Shown: positions 59,148 through 64,000 of the stretch, piece after piece
Numbering within the stretch: position 1 is the stretch's first letter
Layout: each line of letters opens with the position of its first letter
From: an uncultured Bacteroidota bacterium
GTDB taxonomy: Bacteria > Bacteroidota > Bacteroidia > Bacteroidales > DTGW01
Direction: 5' to 3'
Assembly (NCBI GenBank): GCA_963726845.1
Contig: CAVSGB010000262.1
Span: 6,696 to 70,695, forward strand
DNA: 64,000 bases
Notes under the pieces: generated by a model
Seen by the model: the letters and a program-made list of their open reading frames with translations, nothing else
The model's database searches: none
What the model was told of the DNA's origin: nothing
Program-made: the position numbers and the translations under genes

Positions 59148-61269
59148 TCATCCTAAACTAATAACTACAGTACTTCCTTTTTCAGCCCGTTCTCCTGGCG
59201 ATATGGACTGTTTCAAAACTTTTCCATAGCCTTTTATTACTACACGTAATCCTGCATTTTCTAAAAGGAAAAGTGCATCTTTTGCACCCAGGCCGGTTAC
59301 ATCAGGCACTAAATTTTTAATAATCTTTTTATTATAAACAGCAATCTCATTTTCACTTTTTGAAGCCGTAACCCAGTTACCCGTTTTATCAGATTTTTCT
59401 TCAGAAGGAATCCCCAGATCGTCAAGTGATTCTTCAAGCTCGTTCCATGAACCTGCTTTAACTGAGGGTGATTCAACCTTCAGATGACTTTTACCGGCTA
59501 TCATTTCATTATGCAGTTCAAAACTTGTAGCATTAACTTTTTGCGCAATTTCTTTGAAAACCGGACCGGCCACTAAATTTCCATAATACACATCTTTCGA
59601 TGGGGCATTTACTACCACGATACAAGAGTATTTTGGGTCTTCTGCAGGAAAATACCCGGCAAACGAGGCCTGATAGCTTATTTTAGCATCCTGACGGTAC
59701 CCTTTATTTTTCTTTGCTATTTGTGCAGTACCTGTCTTTCCGGCTATTTTCAGGCTCGAATCACGCAGGTTCATTGCAGTTCCCCGCAGCACGACTCCTT
59801 CTAACATTTTTCTTGCTTTGCGGATAGTTGACATCGAACAAATATTGGGAATCATTACTTCAGGTTCAAATATTTTTATTGTTTGGCCATGGTTGCGCAA
59901 CTCTTTTACAAATCGTGGTTTGATAAGCTTGCCATTATTTGCAACTGCATTATAAAATGAAAGGATTTGAAGAGGAGTCAGCCTAACCTCATAACCGTGT
60001 GCGATCATCGGCAGCGAAATACCTGACCAGAGCTTGTCCCCCGGATATTTTATTTCCGGAAAACCTTCGCCTTTTATATCGAGGGTCCTGTTTTCTATTC
60101 AACCCGAAACTATATATTCGTTTAATAAATTGTTCTTCCCGGCCCTTATAGTAATGCGTTATAATTTTAGCAACACCCACATTAGACGACAATTCAAAAA
60201 CTTTCTGAATACTTATTTTGCCAAAGCCTTTTTCATGGCTGTCGCTAATTACCTTGTCATAATATTTGACGGTTCCATTGCCTGTATCAATAGTATCTTC
60301 AAGACTTATATATCCATCCTCCAACGCAGCCATCAACGATACCAATTTAAATGTAGAGCCCGGCTCAGTGCTTTCGGCAATCCCATAATTGTACAATTCC
60401 CGGTAATTGCCATCTTTATCACGCTCCAGGTTTGCAATGGCCTTAACTTCACCTGTTTTAACCTCCATAAGTATTGCTGTACCGTGATGTGCCTCATGTT
60501 TCTCAAGTTGTTTTCGCAAAGCCTCTTCAGCCACATCCTGAATGTTGAGATCGATAGTTGTTACTACATCGCAACCTTCTTTTGGTTCTACCTCGTTTTC
60601 ATCGTTTATTGGCATCCAAACATTACCGGTAATTCGCTGCATTAGTTTTACACCTTTTACACCACTTAAATCAATGTCAAACGAACCTTCGATCCCGACC
60701 ATGTTACCATCTTCACTTTTTGTCAAATACCCTATTGTTCGGGCAGCCAAATCGCCATGAGGCAGAAACCGCACATTGTTTTGGACTACTATAAGGCCGC
60801 CTTTATTTTTTCCTAACCTGAAAAGCGGGAAAGTCCTCAACTTTTTTAGTTGTTGAAAATCTATTTTTCTTTTTAGAAGGTAATATCTGTTTTCAGTGGA
60901 GCGTGCTTCGGCAAGTTCGTGCCGGTATGCACTTTTGGGTTTGTCTTGAAAAAGCCTCGAAAGACAAAATGCCAAAGAATCGATATTTTCTAAAAATGTT
61001 TCCCGTGAGATAGTATTTTTACTTAAATCGATCCTGATTTCATAGAAAGGAACGGCAGTCGCAAGCAACCTGCCATCGCAAGCCAGGATATCGCCACGGT
61101 TTGGTTCTATTTCAATATCCTTTACCGAAAGTTGTACTGCCTTTTTTGTAAGTTCAGCGACTTCAACAAATTGCAGGTAAACTATCCTGGCTATAATGCA
61201 CAAACCAAAAAGTACTATGATTATATAAACCATTGCGACACGCCATAATATGTCCTTTTTAATAGTCAT
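59148..61269 (-). CDS. ftsI: penicillin-binding protein 3 / FtsI transpeptidase, frame broken once near 60091..60094
   Basis: The N-terminal ORF has a TM anchor, a dimerisation domain and the SxxK motif (EPGSTFKLV). The C-terminal ORF has KTG (IAGKTGTAQ) and a PASTA-like tail. The junction ..FGLNR/..RTLDIKGEGFPEIKYPGDKLWSGISLPMIAHGYEV was read in the shifted frame at an A-run. Confidence 0.93.
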
Positions 61270-61273
61270 TTTT

Positions 61274-61681
61274 TTAGTCCTTCATTTTAACCCTTTTTGG
61301 CGGGATGGTTGCTTCTTTCAGGCCAAGATTATTTTCCTGAACAAGTTTTATTACCTGTGACTGCCTGCTTGCAAACATAAGTTCGGATGCTACCGTGATT
61401 GATTCTGCCCTGAGTTCATCCAATTCTTCCTGCATTTTAACTGTTTCGCGCAATAAATGCTCGGCATGATAGCGATTTGCTATATAAATGATTCCCAATA
61501 CAGCAATAAAAATGATAAATGGCAATTGATTAACAACCGATTTTTTTGCCAAAATACTTCCCGTAAGAACCTCTTTGAAAGAATAATTCTTCTTTACTTT
61601 TTGTTCTTCTTTTTCGTTTACAAATTCTATGTTTTTGTTTTCTTTCTCTTTAGCCATAATAATTGGCTTAATATTTTGCAA
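61274..61681 (-). CDS. ftsL: FtsL-like cell division protein
   Basis: 135 aa with a single TM helix (LPFIIFIAVLGIIYIA) followed by a coiled coil. It lies between rsmH and ftsI. An alternative start is at 61657. Confidence 0.75.
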   Translation of the reverse strand: MQNIKPIIMAKEKENKNIEFVNEKEEQKVKKNYSFKEVLTGSILAKKSVVNQLPFIIFIAVLGIIYIANRYHAEHLLRETVKMQEELDELRAESITVASELMFASRQSQVIKLVQENNLGLKEATIPPKRVKMKD

Positions 61682-61701
61682 ATTATTATTTTATAATACA
61701 T

Positions 61702-62610
61702 TCATAATTCATTTCTAACTCTTTCCGCAATCCTCATCTTAGCGCTTCTTGCCCTGTTATTTCTTTCGATTTCCTCATTTACAGGAACAATTACATTTTT
61801 ATTTATTGCCCGAAACGGTGTTCTTACTTTTCCATAGAAATCTTTTTCTAACTTTCCTTCGAAATTTCCTGACTTAATAAAATTCTTTGCGAGGCGGTCT
61901 TCCAATGAATGATATGTAATTATCACCAGGCGGCCATTATCTTTTATTAATTGCGTAGATTCCTTTAACAGCACTTTAAGACTTTCGAGTTCATTGTTTA
62001 CTTCAATTCGGATAGCCTGAAAAACCTGGGCTAAAAATTTGTTCTCGGCATGTTTCGGGATACAACTTTCAATTGTTCTGATTAGTTGGTTAATGGTAAT
62101 AATTTCTTCTTCCTTACGTTTTTTGGTTATTAATAAGGCCAATTTATAAGCATTTGGCAGCTCGCCATATTGTTTGAAAATAGCAGTAAGTTTTTTCTCA
62201 TCATAAGAATTTAGAATAGTGCGGGCGCTTTTATCAGAAACCTGGTTCATGCGCATATCAAGTACACCTTCTGATCGAAACGAAAAACCACGATGGGGTT
62301 CATCAAACTGATGCGATGAAACGCCCAAGTCTGCTATTAAACCATCGATCTGTTGAATTCCGTTATACATGAGAAAGTTTTTTATATAACGAAAATTGTG
62401 CCTTACAAACAGGAATTTTTTATCGGCTATTATATTTTTTTCGGCGTCTCCATCCTGATCAAAAGCAACTAACCTGCCATTGACCAAATGTTTTAAAATT
62501 TCTTTTGAATGTCCGCCTCCGCCAAATGTTGCATCCACGTAAATCCCATCAGGCTTTATATCCAACCCTTTTACACTTTCCAGCAACATAACAGGGTCGT
62601 GGTAAATCAT
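61702..62610 (-). CDS. rsmH: 16S rRNA (cytosine1402-N4)-methyltransferase
   Basis: 302 aa: YHDPVMLLESV.., DATFGGGGHS, ..ITYHSLEDR... Confidence 0.95.
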   Translation of the reverse strand: MIYHDPVMLLESVKGLDIKPDGIYVDATFGGGGHSKEILKHLVNGRLVAFDQDGDAEKNIIADKKFLFVRHNFRYIKNFLMYNGIQQIDGLIADLGVSSHQFDEPHRGFSFRSEGVLDMRMNQVSDKSARTILNSYDEKKLTAIFKQYGELPNAYKLALLITKKRKEEEIITINQLIRTIESCIPKHAENKFLAQVFQAIRIEVNNELESLKVLLKESTQLIKDNGRLVIITYHSLEDRLAKNFIKSGNFEGKLEKDFYGKVRTPFRAINKNVIVPVNEEIERNNRARSAKMRIAERVRNEL

Positions 62611-63074
62611 GGCTTGTCAGGTTTTTGAATTGCACCGCCCATAATTTTTTGGGCAAGTTGTGCGAAATTGTCGCCCACATCGATCTTTTCGTATGCTTCT
62701 TTTGCCCACACTTCAATTTTCCCATCCTGGCCAGCCATCACAACGTCTTTGCTAATCCCTGTTTCTTCAAGCAAACGTTTTGGTATGAGCAACCTGTTTG
62801 TTGCATCAAGTTCCAATTCTGCCGAACCTTTGTTAAAGCCGCGCAAAAAAGTATTGTGTTCTTTGTTATATGGGTTAAGGTTTGCCCTTATTAATTCTAC
62901 CTGGCGTCCCCATTCGTCGATTGGAAATAATACAAGGCATTTTTCATAAATGTCTTTTTTAATGACAAAAGTATCCCTGGCCTTTGCAGAAAGTGCCTTT
63001 TTAAAAGCGCTTGGAAGCATTACCCGACCTTTATCATCGATCTTACAATTGTAATCGCCTATGAACGTTGGCAT
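62607..63074 (-). CDS. mraZ: division/cell wall cluster transcriptional regulator MraZ
   Basis: 155 aa: MPTFIGDYNCKIDDKGRVMLPSAFKK and a second DxxxR repeat (..ELDATNRLLIPKRL..). It overlaps rsmH by 4 nt. Confidence 0.95.
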   Translation of the reverse strand: MPTFIGDYNCKIDDKGRVMLPSAFKKALSAKARDTFVIKKDIYEKCLVLFPIDEWGRQVELIRANLNPYNKEHNTFLRGFNKGSAELELDATNRLLIPKRLLEETGISKDVVMAGQDGKIEVWAKEAYEKIDVGDNFAQLAQKIMGGAIQKPDKP

Positions 63075-63110
63075 TAAAATTTATTTTTAACCGTTGTAAA
63101 AATATAAAAT

Positions 63111-63150
63111 TATTTACCATTATTTACCACTTTATGACACATTTTACCAT
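63111..63150 (-). promoter_or_regulatory. four tandem decamers TATTTACCAT / TATTTACCAC / TTTATGACAC / ATTTTACCAT upstream of mraZ (candidate MraZ operator)
   Basis: Direct repeats with an exact 10-nt period lie 37..76 nt upstream of the mraZ start. On the coding strand the core is TGGTAAA. Confidence 0.5.
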
Positions 63151-63791
63151 TTTGTTGATAACTTTTATTATTAAATTCTAAAATACCTGTCAGTAAAGGA
63201 GTGTAGAACTTATAAAACAAAAACTAACGATTTGTTTTTTGTAAACCATAAGTTAAAAAGTGACATTTTCTAAGTTAAAAGGTGACTTTTTTTGACCATG
63301 AGCTGAAAAGAGGAAATAGATTTGTGTAAATTCAAAATTTAAAACCAAAAAAAAGAGTGTTAATAACTTACCTTTTTTATTGTAAGGAATAAATATATAA
63401 GAAGAATAATTTGCTTAAAGTAAACTAAGTAATTAGTTTTATATTTGAATATAATAACCAGAAATATCAAATTTTAATATTTATCAATTATTTCTAAACA
63501 AGCTAATCCAACCCATTTTCAGGCACATTGCCAAAGCCGCATAAATCAACACACTGTCCAAAACTTTGTCAAAGAGCTTGCAAAGCTAACCAGCGTTGCC
63601 AAAGGCATTTTAGCCAACGCAAAAACAAAATAAGGTTGTGCTTCGTTGATAGGTTAATTCAATTTGAGCCGATAGTTAATGGGATAAAATATTGAATGAT
63701 TAACAAATGATAATAAACACCAGCAGCCAATAAATAGGGCTTCAAGTTAGGTCTTGCAGAACCACTTGAAGCCCTATTTGTGGTTGCTTTG

Positions 63792-64000
63792 ATGATGTTT
63801 CTTTTTTCTCCATGTATTTTTCCGCAGGACACAACATCGAAAGACCAATCGGTATTGTTCGACCAGATAACCTTATCGGATAAAGATAAATCTGTTTTTA
63901 AAGAATACACAAGGCAAAAAGTCGAAGAGTTCCAGCAATACATTGTCACCATTGGCAACAAAAGCGAGCCGATAGAACTGCGCAATATGGCCGAAAGGGA
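63792..64000 (+). CDS. hypothetical protein, N-terminal part (3' end outside window)
   Basis: The frame is open from ATGATG at 63792 to the window end: MMFLFSPCIFPQDTTSKDQSVLFDQITLSDKDKSVFKEYTRQKVEEFQQYIVTIGNKSEPIELRNMAER. I prefer it over the antisense ORF 63659..63985 on composition only. Confidence 0.35.
   Translation, partial: MMFLFSPCIFPQDTTSKDQSVLFDQITLSDKDKSVFKEYTRQKVEEFQQYIVTIGNKSEPIELRNMAER

Noticed and set aside
54429-61269. Frame breaks in dcw genes as programmed frameshifts or true pseudogenes
   Set aside because: The breaks affect many unrelated genes, including several essential ones. There are no slippery heptamers or stimulatory structures at the sites. All are compatible with homopolymer length errors.
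63478-63633. Stop-free + strand frame ending ..HTVQNFVKELAKLTSVAKGILANAKTK* with duplicated TTGCCAAAG motifs
   Set aside because: It has no plausible start codon and no recognisable family. It could be a gene remnant or non-coding, and the evidence is insufficient to call.
63659-63985. 108-aa minus-strand ORF at the window end
   Set aside because: Its composition is unconvincing. The opposite strand carries a more protein-like open frame that runs off the window. Confidence is low either way.

Overview
AT-rich chromosomal segment of a Bacteroidota-type bacterium. The assignment rests on a SusC/SusD pair with ECF sigma and FecR anti-sigma, several T9SS C-terminal sorting domains, a FISUMP domain, and the Bacteroidota-style dcw gene order.

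Gene content, left to right:
- pstB (3' end), phoU and a PhoB/PhoR-like two-component pair.
- A minus-strand PUL-like unit: ECF sigma, FecR, SusC, SusD, FISUMP/T9SS protein.
- A decayed integration site (tyrosine-recombinase 3' relic, YoeB/Txe toxin-antitoxin pair, orphan ORF) next to tRNA-Leu(UAA) and tRNA-Gly(GCC).
- Housekeeping genes: flavodoxin-like, mutS, GT2, pth, rplY/ctc, prs, engB, manA, LysE-type exporter, lnt.
- A small accessory island: an HTH+ImmA/IrrE (COG2856-type) protein with a stop-interrupted partner ORF, a GC-rich integron-attC-like hairpin, a DUF2188 + TIR-like two-gene module bracketed by inverted GTTAGGC core-like repeats, and a GH12-like lipoprotein.
- meaB, then an IS element with a perfect 6-bp target duplication.
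- A ~10.6-kb gene for a giant T9SS-sorted surface protein, small outer-membrane-type proteins, and era.
- The complete dcw cluster on the minus strand: mraZ-rsmH-ftsL-ftsI-murE-mraY-murD-ftsW-murG-murC-ftsQ-ftsA-ftsZ.

Two window-wide peculiarities:
1. At least 13 single-base frame breaks, including in essential genes (ftsI, murE twice, mraY, murD, prs, engB). This points to indel errors in the assembly rather than real pseudogenes.
2. Intergenic spacers, especially inside the dcw operon, are built from phased tandem 7- or 8-nt arrays and a family of GC-rich hairpin repeats that abut stop and start codons. This is the most unusual signal I can see.

All calls are by eye from the sequence and the ORF track. 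No searches were run.
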